Source: Armatimonadota bacterium
Lineage (GTDB): Bacteria > Armatimonadota > UBA5829 > DTLH01
Assembly (NCBI GenBank): GCA_039679675.1
Contig: JBDKUN010000062.1
Span: 1 to 64,000 of the forward strand
Reading direction: 5' to 3'
Length of the DNA: 64,000 nt
Part shown: piece after piece, positions 1 through 9,591 of the stretch
Layout: each line of letters begins with the position of its first letter
Numbering within the stretch: position 1 is the first letter of the stretch
Made by a program: the position numbers and the translations under genes
Notes under the pieces: model-generated
Databases searched by the model: none
What the model was told of the DNA's origin: nothing
What the model saw: the letters and a program-made list of their open reading frames with translations, nothing else

Positions 1-120
1 ACAAACGGATCGATCAACTTAAGTTGTGCTGATGCCGCCTTGGGCGGCTCATAAATGACGAACAGATAACCGCTTTGAGCGGTTCCCATATTACAAGCCT
101 CCGGCTCTGCCGGAGGTTAC
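1..120 (+). mobile_element. tnpA: 3' end of an IS200/IS605-family tnpA plus right-end hairpins (truncated by window edge)
   Basis: 3..32 reads KRIDQLKLC*, resembling IS200 TnpA C-termini. It is followed by hairpins GCCGCC-TTG-GGCGGC, AACCGC-TTTGA-GCGGTT and CCTCCGGC-TCT-GCCGGAGG. Confidence 0.65.
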
Positions 121-196
121 TGACTTCCACCTTCCGCGTTTCCCTTTATTCCGTGCCTCCTCGGTTCAAAAATGAAAAGCTGACAGCCGCTCTCGC

Positions 197-225
197 TTGC
201 AACTTTTGCGTTTTCCTGTTATCCT
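197..225 (+). promoter_or_regulatory. sigma70-type promoter of archease-lexA
   Basis: TTGCAA (197-202), 17-nt spacer, TATCCT (220-225) with extended TG, 10 nt before the ATG at 236. Confidence 0.6.
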
Positions 226-235
226 CTTAATTGAA

Positions 236-658
236 ATGACCGAACGTATATTCGAGACACTTGAGCACACGGCAGATAAGGGGATCGCCGCTTACGGGAA
301 GACGATGGCTGAGGCTTTCGAGACTGCAGCTTTCGGGATGTTTTCTCTCTTCGTCGATCCAGACGCTTACCAGGCAGAGTCTCATCAGGAGCTGACGGTA
401 AAAGCGGACGACAGAGAACAACTCCTTTGGACGTGGCTCTCCGAGCTTCAGTTCAAGTTCGAAGTCGAGCATGTTCTGCCGGTAGAGTTCAAGATAACAG
501 AAATCAGCGATACAAGCCTCACGGCGGATGTTTCGGTGAGGCCGGTGCGGGACGACATAGAGTGGTTCGGTGCCCCGGTCAAGGCAATCACGTTCCATCA
601 GCTTATAGTCGAAGAGACGGACAAAGGCTGGCACGTTCAGGTCTATGTGGATGTTTAG
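236..658 (+). CDS. archease (RtcB cofactor family)
   Basis: LEHTAD motif, VKAITFH, C-terminal YVDV; start set at ATG 236. Confidence 0.9.
   Translation: MTERIFETLEHTADKGIAAYGKTMAEAFETAAFGMFSLFVDPDAYQAESHQELTVKADDREQLLWTWLSELQFKFEVEHVLPVEFKITEISDTSLTADVSVRPVRDDIEWFGAPVKAITFHQLIVEETDKGWHVQVYVDV
241..254. promoter_or_regulatory. putative LexA box
   Basis: CGAAC-GTAT-ATTCG, one mismatch to CGAAC-N4-GTTCG, just downstream of the operon promoter. Confidence 0.45.
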
Positions 659-674
659 CGCGAGGTGATACCAG

Positions 675-1292
675 GTGCAGAAAGAATTATCGCCCAGACA
701 GAGGCAAATACTCGATTATATAGTGCAGCATATTGAGATGCACGGATACCCGCCGACGGTGCGGGAGATCGGTGAGGCAGTGAACCTGTCATCGAGCTCA
801 ACCGTCCATGCCCACCTTAGAAATCTCGAAGAAGCGGGGTTGATACGGCGGGACGCGGTGCTCACACGGGCGATACAGATCGTAGCAGGCACAACGACCA
901 GCTTCAAGCCGAAAAAAGTCGTATCGCTTCCGGTAGTCGGGCAGGTTGCCGCTGGTAAGCCTATGCTTGCTGTCGAAGATATAATTGATACCTATCCAGT
1001 CCCACAGGAGTTTCTTTCCGGGGCAGATGGGTTTATGCTGAAAGTCCGTGGCGAGAGCATGATCGAGGACGGTATAAACGACGGAGATTATGTGGTAGTC
1101 CGCAGGCAGCAGACCGCGAATAACGGCGAAACTGTCGTCGCGCTAGTCGATAACGAAGCGACAGTCAAAAGATTTTATCTCGAAGATGGCCGGATCCGGC
1201 TTCAACCAGCCAATTCGACTATGGAGCCGATGTACTTCCCGCAAGTTGATATAGTCGGAAAAGTCGTCGGGCTCGTCCGCCGGATGGGCTAG
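675..1292 (+). CDS. lexA: SOS repressor LexA
   Basis: GYPPTVREIG/SSSTVHAHL wHTH, VAAG cleavage site, GESM Ser, ATVKR Lys. Confidence 0.97.
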   Translation: MQKELSPRQRQILDYIVQHIEMHGYPPTVREIGEAVNLSSSSTVHAHLRNLEEAGLIRRDAVLTRAIQIVAGTTTSFKPKKVVSLPVVGQVAAGKPMLAVEDIIDTYPVPQEFLSGADGFMLKVRGESMIEDGINDGDYVVVRRQQTANNGETVVALVDNEATVKRFYLEDGRIRLQPANSTMEPMYFPQVDIVGKVVGLVRRMG

Positions 1293-1377
1293 ATTTATTA
1301 TTGTGTTATACTGTATCATTCATTAACCCGTGAGAATCCCTTGCGGGGTGTTTTTCTGTACGGAGGTAATCAGGCTA

Positions 1378-1830
1378 ATGCCTAGAGTTGAGAGTTCCAT
1401 AACCATAAATGGCCCGCTTGACAGGGTTTACGAGTGCGCGAAGGACATAGAACGGTTTCCGGAGTTCATGCCGGATGTTAAGGATGTCAAGATCGTCGAA
1501 AGAGACGGAGCCCGCGTAATAAGCGAGTGGGCTGCCTATATACCGGACTTCAAAATGACCGTCAAGTGGGTCGAGGAAGACCTTTGGAACGATGATACCA
1601 AGACCTGCGACTTCAAGCTCGTGAAAGGCGATTACGCGGCTTATTCGGGCAAGTGGACTTTCACCGGAGCCGATGGCGTGGCCAAATTCGACTCCGTTGT
1701 GGACTACGAATACGACATTCCGCTGATCGGCTCACTCATTCAGGGGCTAGTAAAGCGGAAGGTCCAGGAAAACGTGGACCAGATACTTCAGTCAGTGAAG
1801 AAGAAAGTAGAAGAAGAATATAGGATATAG
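1378..1830 (+). CDS. SRPBCC/polyketide cyclase (RatA/Coq10-like) protein
   Basis: DIERFPEFMPDV and GKWTF motifs; GGAGG SD before ATG 1378. Confidence 0.85.
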   Translation: MPRVESSITINGPLDRVYECAKDIERFPEFMPDVKDVKIVERDGARVISEWAAYIPDFKMTVKWVEEDLWNDDTKTCDFKLVKGDYAAYSGKWTFTGADGVAKFDSVVDYEYDIPLIGSLIQGLVKRKVQENVDQILQSVKKKVEEEYRI

Positions 1831-1925
1831 GATTGAGGAATTAAGGATGAGTCTGGTGGAAATTCGTGCTTCGGGACGAACTGTGGTCCCGAAGCATATG
1901 AACCGTACATATCCCCCTAAATCCT
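1829..1925. repeat. nested palindromic intergenic element
   Basis: AGGATTGAGG/CCTAAATCCT arms enclose TGGTGGAAATTC and a TGCTTCGGGAC...GTCCCGAAGCA hairpin (1867-1896). Confidence 0.7.
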
Positions 1926-1952
1926 TCCATCCCTTAGTTGAGACCCTTAACT

Positions 1953-3293
1953 ATGAAATATGATGTAATCATAATCGGCGCTGGGCCGGCGGGGATATTT
2001 GCCGCGCTGGAGCTCGCCAAAACGCCGGACATCAAAATCGCGATAATCGATAAAGGCGAGGACATCACCGAGAGGACCAGGCAGAAGTCCCTTCTCTCCG
2101 GCTGGGGCGGCGCTGGTGCGTTTTCGGACGGCAAGCTGACGCTTTCCACCCATGTTGGCGGCTGGCTGGACAAGTTTATGCCGGAGCACGAACTCGAGGA
2201 ACTGGTGGACCAGGTCGACCAGACATGGATCGATTTCGGCGCGCCTGAGCGGACCTACGGCACGAACCAGGACGACATAGCAGAGCTTCAGCGGAAAGCC
2301 GCCCTGGCGGAGCTGAGGCTGGTACCGTCCGAGATCAGGCACATCGGCACGGAGGTCTGCCCGGTCGTCCTGAAAGCCATGCGGGATGAACTCAGCAGCC
2401 GCGTGGACATCATGACGGACACCGCCATATCGTCGCTCGTAACTGCAGATAGCCGGATAACAGGAGTCGAGACTATCGACGGGCGGGTGATCGATGCGGA
2501 TTACGTCATCGCCGCGCCGGGCCGCGAGGGAGCGGACTGGTTGGCATCAGAGGCCCGAAGGCTGGGCTTGAGGACGATCACGAACCCGGTAGACATCGGT
2601 GTTCGTGTGGAAGTTCCGGCTCCGGTCCTGGCAGAGCTTACGGATGTTGTCTACGAGCCTAAATTGGTCTATTACACCCGGTTCTTTGACGATCAGGTGA
2701 GATCTTTCTGCGTCTGCCCGATGGGTGAGGTCGCAATGGAAGAAAGCGATGGGGTACGGACTGTAAACGGCCACTCCTACGCTCATACGAAGACAGAGAA
2801 CACCAATTTTGCGCTTTTGGTATCGACCTCGTTTACGGAGCCGTTCCGCGAGCCAATCACTTACGGGCGCTACATCGCGACTCTTTCGAACCTGCTTTCC
2901 GGCGGGGTGATCGTGCAGCGGCTCGGCGACCTGCAGGCGGGCCGGAGGTCTACAGAGGCGAGGATCGCGCGCGGACTGGTCAAACCGACCTTAGAGACGG
3001 CTGTTCCGGGAGACCTGTCGTTCGTCCTGCCGTACAGGTACCTGGCCGGGATAAGTGAGATGCTGAGGGCAATGGACAAGCTTTCTCCGGGAGTCGGGTC
3101 ACGGCACACACTGCTCTATGGAGTCGAAGTGAAGTTTTATTCGTCCCGGCTTGAGATCTCGCCTATGCTTGAGGCAGGGATACACAACCTGTTTACAGTA
3201 GGCGACGGTGCGGGAGTAACCCGTGGATTGGTACAGGCTTCAGCATCGGGGTTGATGGCTGCAAGAGAGATAGTGAGAAGGATAGCGGGATAG
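1953..3293 (+). CDS. NAD(P)/FAD-dependent oxidoreductase
   Basis: IIGAGPAG, GGAGAFSDGKL, GDGAGVTRG motifs. Confidence 0.9.
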   Translation: MKYDVIIIGAGPAGIFAALELAKTPDIKIAIIDKGEDITERTRQKSLLSGWGGAGAFSDGKLTLSTHVGGWLDKFMPEHELEELVDQVDQTWIDFGAPERTYGTNQDDIAELQRKAALAELRLVPSEIRHIGTEVCPVVLKAMRDELSSRVDIMTDTAISSLVTADSRITGVETIDGRVIDADYVIAAPGREGADWLASEARRLGLRTITNPVDIGVRVEVPAPVLAELTDVVYEPKLVYYTRFFDDQVRSFCVCPMGEVAMEESDGVRTVNGHSYAHTKTENTNFALLVSTSFTEPFREPITYGRYIATLSNLLSGGVIVQRLGDLQAGRRSTEARIARGLVKPTLETAVPGDLSFVLPYRYLAGISEMLRAMDKLSPGVGSRHTLLYGVEVKFYSSRLEISPMLEAGIHNLFTVGDGAGVTRGLVQASASGLMAAREIVRRIAG

Positions 3294-3307
3294 TTTAGCT
3301 GTTTTAT

Positions 3308-3342
3308 TAAAAAGGCCCGGTGCGATTTTGCGCCGGGCCTTT
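3308..3342. terminator. bidirectional intrinsic terminator
   Basis: AAAAGGCCCGGTGC-GATTTT-GCGCCGGGCCTTT between convergent genes. Confidence 0.75.
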
Positions 3343-3375
3343 GTTGTATAAGAATATTAAAGCTTATAAATATAC

Positions 3376-4368
3376 TTAAATTTTAGCATCCACAGTTGAT
3401 TCAGAATATATTGATAACATATTTCGAGCGGTTTCATTGATCTGTTTACGTAGATCATCCGGTTCGATAACTTCGGCATTACCGCCCCAACTGAGTATCC
3501 AGAAGCTGATTTCTTCGATCCCTGATACCTTTGCGGAGAAGATCACTCCGCCATCGGGCGTATCCTGCAGTTCCTGGGTCGGGTGGCGTTTAGTCTCTTT
3601 TATGATACGCGCAACCCTCGGTGAAAACTTCACCCGCACTAACTGCTCTTCATCGCCGGTCCACATTTCCCAGCTCTTTGCATAAAAACTATCGACTGAG
3701 AAGTCATGCGGCAATTGGAAACTCTCGCCGTTCGTTTTGGCTTTGACTATTCGAACAAGCTTTAGCTGAATAATGCGTCCATGAGAATGAGAAAACGCAA
3801 TCAGATACCAGTTGTGGCGCCGGAACACCAGCGCATACGGATCTATAAACAACGATTTGGTCTCGCCGCTCCGCTGCGAGCAATAGATAACGGAAACGCG
3901 CTTGCTGCGTTCGATGGAATCCGCAAGGCAGTCTACTACCTCTGACACCGGTTCCGTTTGTGAACACGGAGAAGCATATATCGAACGGTTTGATATAGAA
4001 GACTGTACGTCCTTAAAGCTGTCTCCGGTCAGGGCGAGCTCTATTTTTTTCCAAGCATTGACGGCGTAATCCGAGAACGGACCGCCCTTGCCCAGCGCAC
4101 TGGAAGTGAGAGCAAGCCTAACGGCAAGGACTTCTTTGGGAGAGAGGTCCAACTGGCTCGAAACCGGACGCTCAGCCAGATAATATCCACCTTGCTCGCA
4201 GTAGACTCCTACATGCAGTTCGTCGGATAACGATTCAAGGTATCTGTAGATTGTGCGTTCAGACCGCCCGAGCACTTCAGCCAGTCTATCGATGCTGAGT
4301 CCCGGACGTTCACGCAACAGGTCCATCATTTGAAGTAATAAAATCGATTTTGGCATAACAACCCCCAC
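3376..4368 (-). CDS. HTH-WYL-WCX transcriptional regulator (PafB/C, YafY-like)
   Basis: N-terminal HTH (SERTIYRYL), HNWYLIAF, C-terminal WILSWG...VIEP. Confidence 0.92.
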   Translation of the reverse strand: MGVVMPKSILLLQMMDLLRERPGLSIDRLAEVLGRSERTIYRYLESLSDELHVGVYCEQGGYYLAERPVSSQLDLSPKEVLAVRLALTSSALGKGGPFSDYAVNAWKKIELALTGDSFKDVQSSISNRSIYASPCSQTEPVSEVVDCLADSIERSKRVSVIYCSQRSGETKSLFIDPYALVFRRHNWYLIAFSHSHGRIIQLKLVRIVKAKTNGESFQLPHDFSVDSFYAKSWEMWTGDEEQLVRVKFSPRVARIIKETKRHPTQELQDTPDGGVIFSAKVSGIEEISFWILSWGGNAEVIEPDDLRKQINETARNMLSIYSESTVDAKI

Positions 4369-4632
4369 ATTCGTGGCCCGTTTATCTTCTTAATAATACG
4401 ACCTGTAAATTCCTCCTATCATTTTCCGAATTTCACCGTCTTCGAACAAACTTCACCTGTCTCACTGCAATTAAGAACAACAAAGGCAGTTGTGGCTATT
4501 CGAATAGAGCAGCTGGAAGACATTCACAGTGCTATAGCTGAATATCAATGGATAGTCGCCATTACTCATGCAAACTTGCATGAAAATAAGGTGAAAATTG
4601 GGTGAGTGCAGATGGAAATATTCGGATATAAG

Positions 4633-4669
4633 AAAGGCTCATCCGGGGCCAGTCCACGAATGAGCCTTT
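4633..4669 (-). terminator. terminator hairpin after the PEP-CTERM gene
   Basis: AAAGGCTCAT...ATGAGCCTTT inverted repeat. Confidence 0.6.
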
Positions 4670-4693
4670 ATACAAACTGCGTTTACTTGAAAA

Positions 4694-5323
4694 CTACTTA
4701 CGCTTTCTGCTGATAATCCCTACGACTCCCAGGAGCCCGGACGTAAGTGCGAGTAAACTGCCGGGTTCAGGGACAGGTGTAACCTTCTCATGCCAGGTCG
4801 GAGAGCCGATACTCGTTGGAGTAACGGGCGTCCACTTTACGGTACCGCTTCCGGGTTGAGACGAGTCAACAGCAGCGACATGACACACAAACCCTGGTGA
4901 TCCGTCTGAAGGGCCACCCGAATTAGCCGGTGTTGTCGAAGTCGATGTAAACTTGAATGTATAAGACAGTCCCGGCGCCAGCGCAGGCGGTGTATAGTAA
5001 TTGTCTTTGCTGTTACTTATCTCGAACGCCTCGAATCCCGTAGGAGTCCACTTCCATCCATTAGGCATAGAGATGATAGTCTCAGGCGCTGGCACATTGA
5101 ACAGTTCGATAGACCAGACGATAACATCATAACTGTCCGGAGTCGGGTCGCCTGTTATACCAGTCAGATTGTGCAGTACAATGGTATAATCGTTACCGAC
5201 TTTGCTGTAATCAGTGCTTACTACGCCCGTGCTTAACGCTGAGCTCCAGTTCTGCGCGAAAGCGCTTTCGCATATAATAACTGCAAAAAGCACGGATAAT
5301 ACTACTGCTATTTTTTTAATCAT
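4694..5323 (-). CDS. PEP-CTERM sorting-domain surface protein
   Basis: Signal peptide; VPEPGS followed by a TM helix and an RKRK tail. Confidence 0.92.
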   Translation of the reverse strand: MIKKIAVVLSVLFAVIICESAFAQNWSSALSTGVVSTDYSKVGNDYTIVLHNLTGITGDPTPDSYDVIVWSIELFNVPAPETIISMPNGWKWTPTGFEAFEISNSKDNYYTPPALAPGLSYTFKFTSTSTTPANSGGPSDGSPGFVCHVAAVDSSQPGSGTVKWTPVTPTSIGSPTWHEKVTPVPEPGSLLALTSGLLGVVGIISRKRK

Positions 5324-5429
5324 ATAGCCTCCTTCTAGCCGTTTTTACGGCCTTTGTGTTGTGGCGGCTTGACCTTGCCGGTTAGCCATTAAGTGTAAAA
5401 TCGTTATTCCCAATAATACCATAATGCAA

Positions 5430-5445
5430 AGCACTTTGCATGCCA
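5430..5445 (-). promoter_or_regulatory. putative sigma54 (-24/-12) promoter
   Basis: Minus strand reads TGGCAT-GCAAA-GTGCT with correct GG/GC spacing, about 105 nt upstream of the PEP-CTERM start. Confidence 0.5.
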
Positions 5446-5598
5446 AATGAGCATAAACATAGTAAATCCAGTAATATTACCGGCTAATAGTAGAGGCTAT
5501 TTGATGAACGGTGTAGCAAAAATGAGGATTATGTGAATAACAGGACATATACAATGGATGTATAAGCGTAACCTAGAGGCTAGTTGGCATTCCAGCAG

Positions 5599-6108
5599 CT
5601 AGTCCTCCAAGCTGTTGTACCAGCGCACGCCTACAATAGTGAGAGACGCAAGCCAGGACAGAAAATACGGGATGAAGGTTGCTGCCATATCTTCCCAAGC
5701 TGATCTGACATTAAGACATATCCAGGGAGCGGAAAGTCCTGTCATCTTCGGAGTCAATACCCTCAACACTAGAAATATGAATGCTAACCCTGATGCCATT
5801 ACCGCAAGTGTTGCCAATCTGAAGGCTGTTTGAGGTCCAATTGGGCTCATAGGATATACGAGATGAGCAAACCACTTGAGGTGTGGATTCGATGGCACCT
5901 CATCAACAAGGCAGCTAAGGAACCATACCCATACTTTTCCTAACAGAAGCCCAGCCGGTATCCCATACACCAATGCGATCAGGCACTCTATGACCCCGGG
6001 ACGCATTGTAGGCTCAGCCAGCCATATAGTTGCACTGGCAATCGACATAACTGCCCAGGTCAAAGTATAGCCCACTGGTGTACCAAGAAACGGAACATTT
6101 GATCTCAT
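5599..6108 (-). CDS. hypothetical membrane protein
   Basis: 169 aa with several hydrophobic segments, follows the epimerase gene closely. Confidence 0.65.
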   Translation of the reverse strand: MRSNVPFLGTPVGYTLTWAVMSIASATIWLAEPTMRPGVIECLIALVYGIPAGLLLGKVWVWFLSCLVDEVPSNPHLKWFAHLVYPMSPIGPQTAFRLATLAVMASGLAFIFLVLRVLTPKMTGLSAPWICLNVRSAWEDMAATFIPYFLSWLASLTIVGVRWYNSLED

Positions 6109-6118
6109 GGTTCAGCCT

Positions 6119-7063
6119 TCACCTACCAGTGCGAGTTGAATATTCGTGTCGGTAGTTCTTTGCAAGCTCGGAATAGTAGCGCCTGCCGAGTGTTTCGGCG
6201 TTCTCCATCAGCCAATCGCTCAGTTTTGTCTTTCCGACAGGAGGGCTGTCGGAAGATAGAAGACCTGCGAACATCGCGTCGATCTCCCATTGTTCGAGGA
6301 TTATATCTTTAACGAACTTTCCTGCAAGAGTGGCCATAAGGAGCGCCAACTTTGGGTTTGTGTGGATAATGAGTGCCCTGCTGTGAATAGCTGAAGCAAT
6401 GAGCCGGACCATTTCGTCAAAAGTGAGTGTTTCCGGTCCTGCAGCGTCCAAAATACCGTCTTCTGAGCCCTCTCCCATCTTTACAGCCAGTTCTGCAAGG
6501 TCCCGGACAAAGATCGGGCTTACCCTGTAGTCTCCTTTACCCGGAACAGCAAAGATCGGGAAGCGGCGGAGGAGCCATGCTATATCGTTTACCAGTATTC
6601 CATCCGGCCCGAAGATCATACATGGCCGGAGAATTGCGTATGAGAGCCCAGACTCAATAACCGCTTGCTCTACCTGCCCTTTGCCTCTGAAATATGGTAT
6701 TGGAGAATTGGGAAAAGCCCCTGTGACCGTAATTTGGACTATCCTCCTCACACCTGCATCTTTTGCAGCGGCGATCAGCTTGCGGGAGTTCTCGACTGCT
6801 TTATCATAGGTAATTCCGCCGTAGGAAAACCTGGCCCAGTAAGTGTTGTAGAGAATATCAGCTCCTCGGAGGCTTTCTGTGAGTGCGGATGGACTGTCGA
6901 AGTTATACGGTGCAATCTGAATCCGGCCGCCGAACGAGTTCGGCCGGTCAGGATGGTCTGTGAGGGTCTTTACCTCTGTTCCCTTTTTAAGCAAATTTTC
7001 AGTTATATACCTGCCTGTGTATCCAAAAGCTCCCGTAACCACGTTGAATCCCTGGTTGGTCAT
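6119..7063 (-). CDS. NAD(P)-binding atypical SDR / epimerase (NDUFA9-like)
   Basis: VTGAFGYTG, YFRGK, AILRP. Confidence 0.88.
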   Translation of the reverse strand: MTNQGFNVVTGAFGYTGRYITENLLKKGTEVKTLTDHPDRPNSFGGRIQIAPYNFDSPSALTESLRGADILYNTYWARFSYGGITYDKAVENSRKLIAAAKDAGVRRIVQITVTGAFPNSPIPYFRGKGQVEQAVIESGLSYAILRPCMIFGPDGILVNDIAWLLRRFPIFAVPGKGDYRVSPIFVRDLAELAVKMGEGSEDGILDAAGPETLTFDEMVRLIASAIHSRALIIHTNPKLALLMATLAGKFVKDIILEQWEIDAMFAGLLSSDSPPVGKTKLSDWLMENAETLGRRYYSELAKNYRHEYSTRTGR

Positions 7064-7081
7064 ATAATAGCCTCCCCATAA

Positions 7082-8149
7082 TCATCTACATACAGCAGCG
7101 TAGGCTTTCTGTGCATACCGGTCTGTCATACCCGCGATGAAGTCGCAGACTGCTCTAGCGCGAGCCTCTATATCTCCGGTGTCAGAGAAAACGGGATACA
7201 ATTCATTATTCTGCATCTTGCATTCCGTATCCATATAATGCCTGAAGAGCTCTTTCAGCATCTCTCCGGCCTGCCGGAGCTCGATTATCCCAGGATGGTC
7301 GCCGACATAGACCCGCTGGAACAGAAAATCCTTCAGACAGTTCATCGCATTGCGGTGGGACTCGCTGATCGAGATCGAATTCTTGCCCATGCTGGAGTTG
7401 ATGACGTCGAGCACCATACTCCCGATGCGCTGGGAGTATCTATTCCCGAGAACATGTGTTGCTTCCTCAGGTAAATCAGACTCTTTTATGATGCCGAAGC
7501 GGATGGAATCGTCAATATCGTGGTTGATGTAGGCTATTCGGTCGGCAATCCTGACAATCTTTCCCTCAAGCGTTGCCGGTCCGCTCAAGTCGATTTCCAG
7601 GTCTTCCATGCCTTTTGAATGATGGACTATGCCGTTTCTAACCTCCCAGGTGAGATTCAGCCCTCTTCCGTTGTTTTCTATCTGTTCGACAACTCTCAGG
7701 CTCTGCTCAGCATGGTGAAAGCTCGCACCGGGGACGTATTCGCGCAGCACTTCGTCGAGCGCCTGTTCCCCGACATGTCCGAACGGCGTGTGTCCGAGGT
7801 CATGGCCGAGCGCGATTGCTTCAGTGAGGTCTTCGTTCATCCTGAGGGCTTTCGCGATGGTGCGGGCGATCTGGGAGACTTCCAGTGTGTGGGTGAGGCG
7901 CGTCCGGCAGTGGTCTTCCTCCGGGTCGATGAATACCTGGGTCTTGTGCTTCAGCCTGCGGAATGCCTTGGAGTGGACTATCCGGTCGCGGTCGCGCTGA
8001 AATTCCGTACGCACAACATCCTTTTCCTCCTCACGCATGCGCCCTCTCGACTCAGCCGAAAGGCATGCGTGAGGAGAAAGAATCTGACGCTCTAGCTGTT
8101 CATACTGTTCTCTGATAGTCAATTGGTCATTCGAACTCGTTACGAGCAC
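7082..8149 (-). CDS. dgt: dNTP triphosphohydrolase (dGTPase-like, HD domain)
   Basis: [36 protein letters not shown]. Confidence 0.93.
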   Translation of the reverse strand: MLVTSSNDQLTIREQYEQLERQILSPHACLSAESRGRMREEEKDVVRTEFQRDRDRIVHSKAFRRLKHKTQVFIDPEEDHCRTRLTHTLEVSQIARTIAKALRMNEDLTEAIALGHDLGHTPFGHVGEQALDEVLREYVPGASFHHAEQSLRVVEQIENNGRGLNLTWEVRNGIVHHSKGMEDLEIDLSGPATLEGKIVRIADRIAYINHDIDDSIRFGIIKESDLPEEATHVLGNRYSQRIGSMVLDVINSSMGKNSISISESHRNAMNCLKDFLFQRVYVGDHPGIIELRQAGEMLKELFRHYMDTECKMQNNELYPVFSDTGDIEARARAVCDFIAGMTDRYAQKAYAAVCR

Positions 8150-9486
8150 AACCTTTCGAGTAAGAGAGTTTTGACTTCCTCTAGCGGTACGCGGATCTGT
8201 TCCATCGTGTCGCGGTCGCGGATTGTGACCATGTTATCTTCCTCGACAGTCTGGACGTCCACTGTTACGCACCAGAGAGTCCCGATCTCATCCTGGCGCC
8301 TGTAGAGCCTTCCTATCGACGCCGTGTCGTCATACATCGTAGCCATAACTGGCCTCAGCTCTGCTGCGAGCTTCTTCGCTGTCTCGACGATGTCCGGCCT
8401 GTTTCGAAGAAGTGGCAATACCGCAACCTTGATCGGCGCAAACGCCTTGTGCAGCCTAAGTACCGTGCGCTTGTCCTTTTTTTCGCCCTTCATGATCACT
8501 TCTTCTTCGTAGGCATCGACCAAAAACGCAAGAAGTGACCTGTCGCATCCGCCTGACGGCTCGATGACATAAGGTACTACGCTTTCTCCGGTGGCCTCGT
8601 CGAAGTAGGACATATTTTCGCCGGAGTGTTCCATGTGCCGCTTGATGTCGAAGTCCGTCCGGTTTGCGATACCCTCAAGCTCAGACCATCCCATTGGGAA
8701 GAGATATTCAATATCTGTCGTAGCTTTGGCATAGTGCGCAAGCTCGTCAGGGTCGTGAGCTCTAAGCCTCAGCCTTTCCTGGGTGATACCATACTTCAGG
8801 TACCAGTTGTACCTGGCCTCGATCCACTTGGCATGGTATTCCTCGTCCGTTCCGGGCATAACGAAGTATTCCATCTCCATCTGCTCGAACTCGCGCGTTC
8901 TGAAGATGAAATTACCAGGAGTGATCTCGTTCCTGAACGACTTTCCGATCTGCGCGATTCCGAACGGCAGCTTCTTTCTCGTTGCCTGCTGCACGTTTTT
9001 GAAGTTGACGAAGATTCCCTGGGCTGTTTCAGGGCGAAGATACACAGTCGCAGCGTTGTCTTCGACCGGTCCCATGAATGTTTTGAACATCAGGTTGAAC
9101 TGGCGCGCTTCAGTCAGCTCTCCGCCGCATGCCGGGCACTTGTCGCCCTCAATCTGGTCTGCCCTGAAGCGCTGCTTGCACTCTTTGCAATCGACCATCG
9201 GGTCGGTGAAGCCTTCTACGTGTCCGCTAGCTTCCCAGACGCGGGGGTTCATCAATATAGCCGAATCGAGGCCGACCATATCCTCCCTCATCCGCACATT
9301 GTCCTGCCACCAGGCTTCCTTTATATTGCGCTTCAGTTCGACTCCGAGCGGGCCGTAGTCCCAAGTGCTCCCGATCCCGCCATAAATCTCGCTGGACTGA
9401 AAAATGAAACCGCGCCGCTTGCAGAGCTCGACGATTTTCTCCATCGTCACTGCAGGCGGCGCTACGTCAGTTTTACTATCAACCAC
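8140..9486 (-). CDS. glyQS: glycine--tRNA ligase, alpha2 type
   Basis: [35 protein letters not shown]. Confidence 0.96.
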   Translation of the reverse strand: MVDSKTDVAPPAVTMEKIVELCKRRGFIFQSSEIYGGIGSTWDYGPLGVELKRNIKEAWWQDNVRMREDMVGLDSAILMNPRVWEASGHVEGFTDPMVDCKECKQRFRADQIEGDKCPACGGELTEARQFNLMFKTFMGPVEDNAATVYLRPETAQGIFVNFKNVQQATRKKLPFGIAQIGKSFRNEITPGNFIFRTREFEQMEMEYFVMPGTDEEYHAKWIEARYNWYLKYGITQERLRLRAHDPDELAHYAKATTDIEYLFPMGWSELEGIANRTDFDIKRHMEHSGENMSYFDEATGESVVPYVIEPSGGCDRSLLAFLVDAYEEEVIMKGEKKDKRTVLRLHKAFAPIKVAVLPLLRNRPDIVETAKKLAAELRPVMATMYDDTASIGRLYRRQDEIGTLWCVTVDVQTVEEDNMVTIRDRDTMEQIRVPLEEVKTLLLERLCS

Positions 9487-9544
9487 TTAACTGGTTCCTC
9501 CCAATTGTGCAAAAATTCCGAATTCGTGCCGAAAAGGACACTCA

Positions 9545-9574
9545 ATTGTAACGTTCCATGCCGAACCCGGTCAA
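9545..9574 (-). promoter_or_regulatory. sigma70-type promoter of glyQS
   Basis: TTGACC-18 nt-TACAAT. Confidence 0.55.
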
Positions 9575-9591
9575 GCGAGGGAGTGATGCAG

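Noticed and set aside
4443..4456. LexA box upstream of the WYL gene
   Set aside because: CGAACAAACTTC has the wrong spacing and second half-site.
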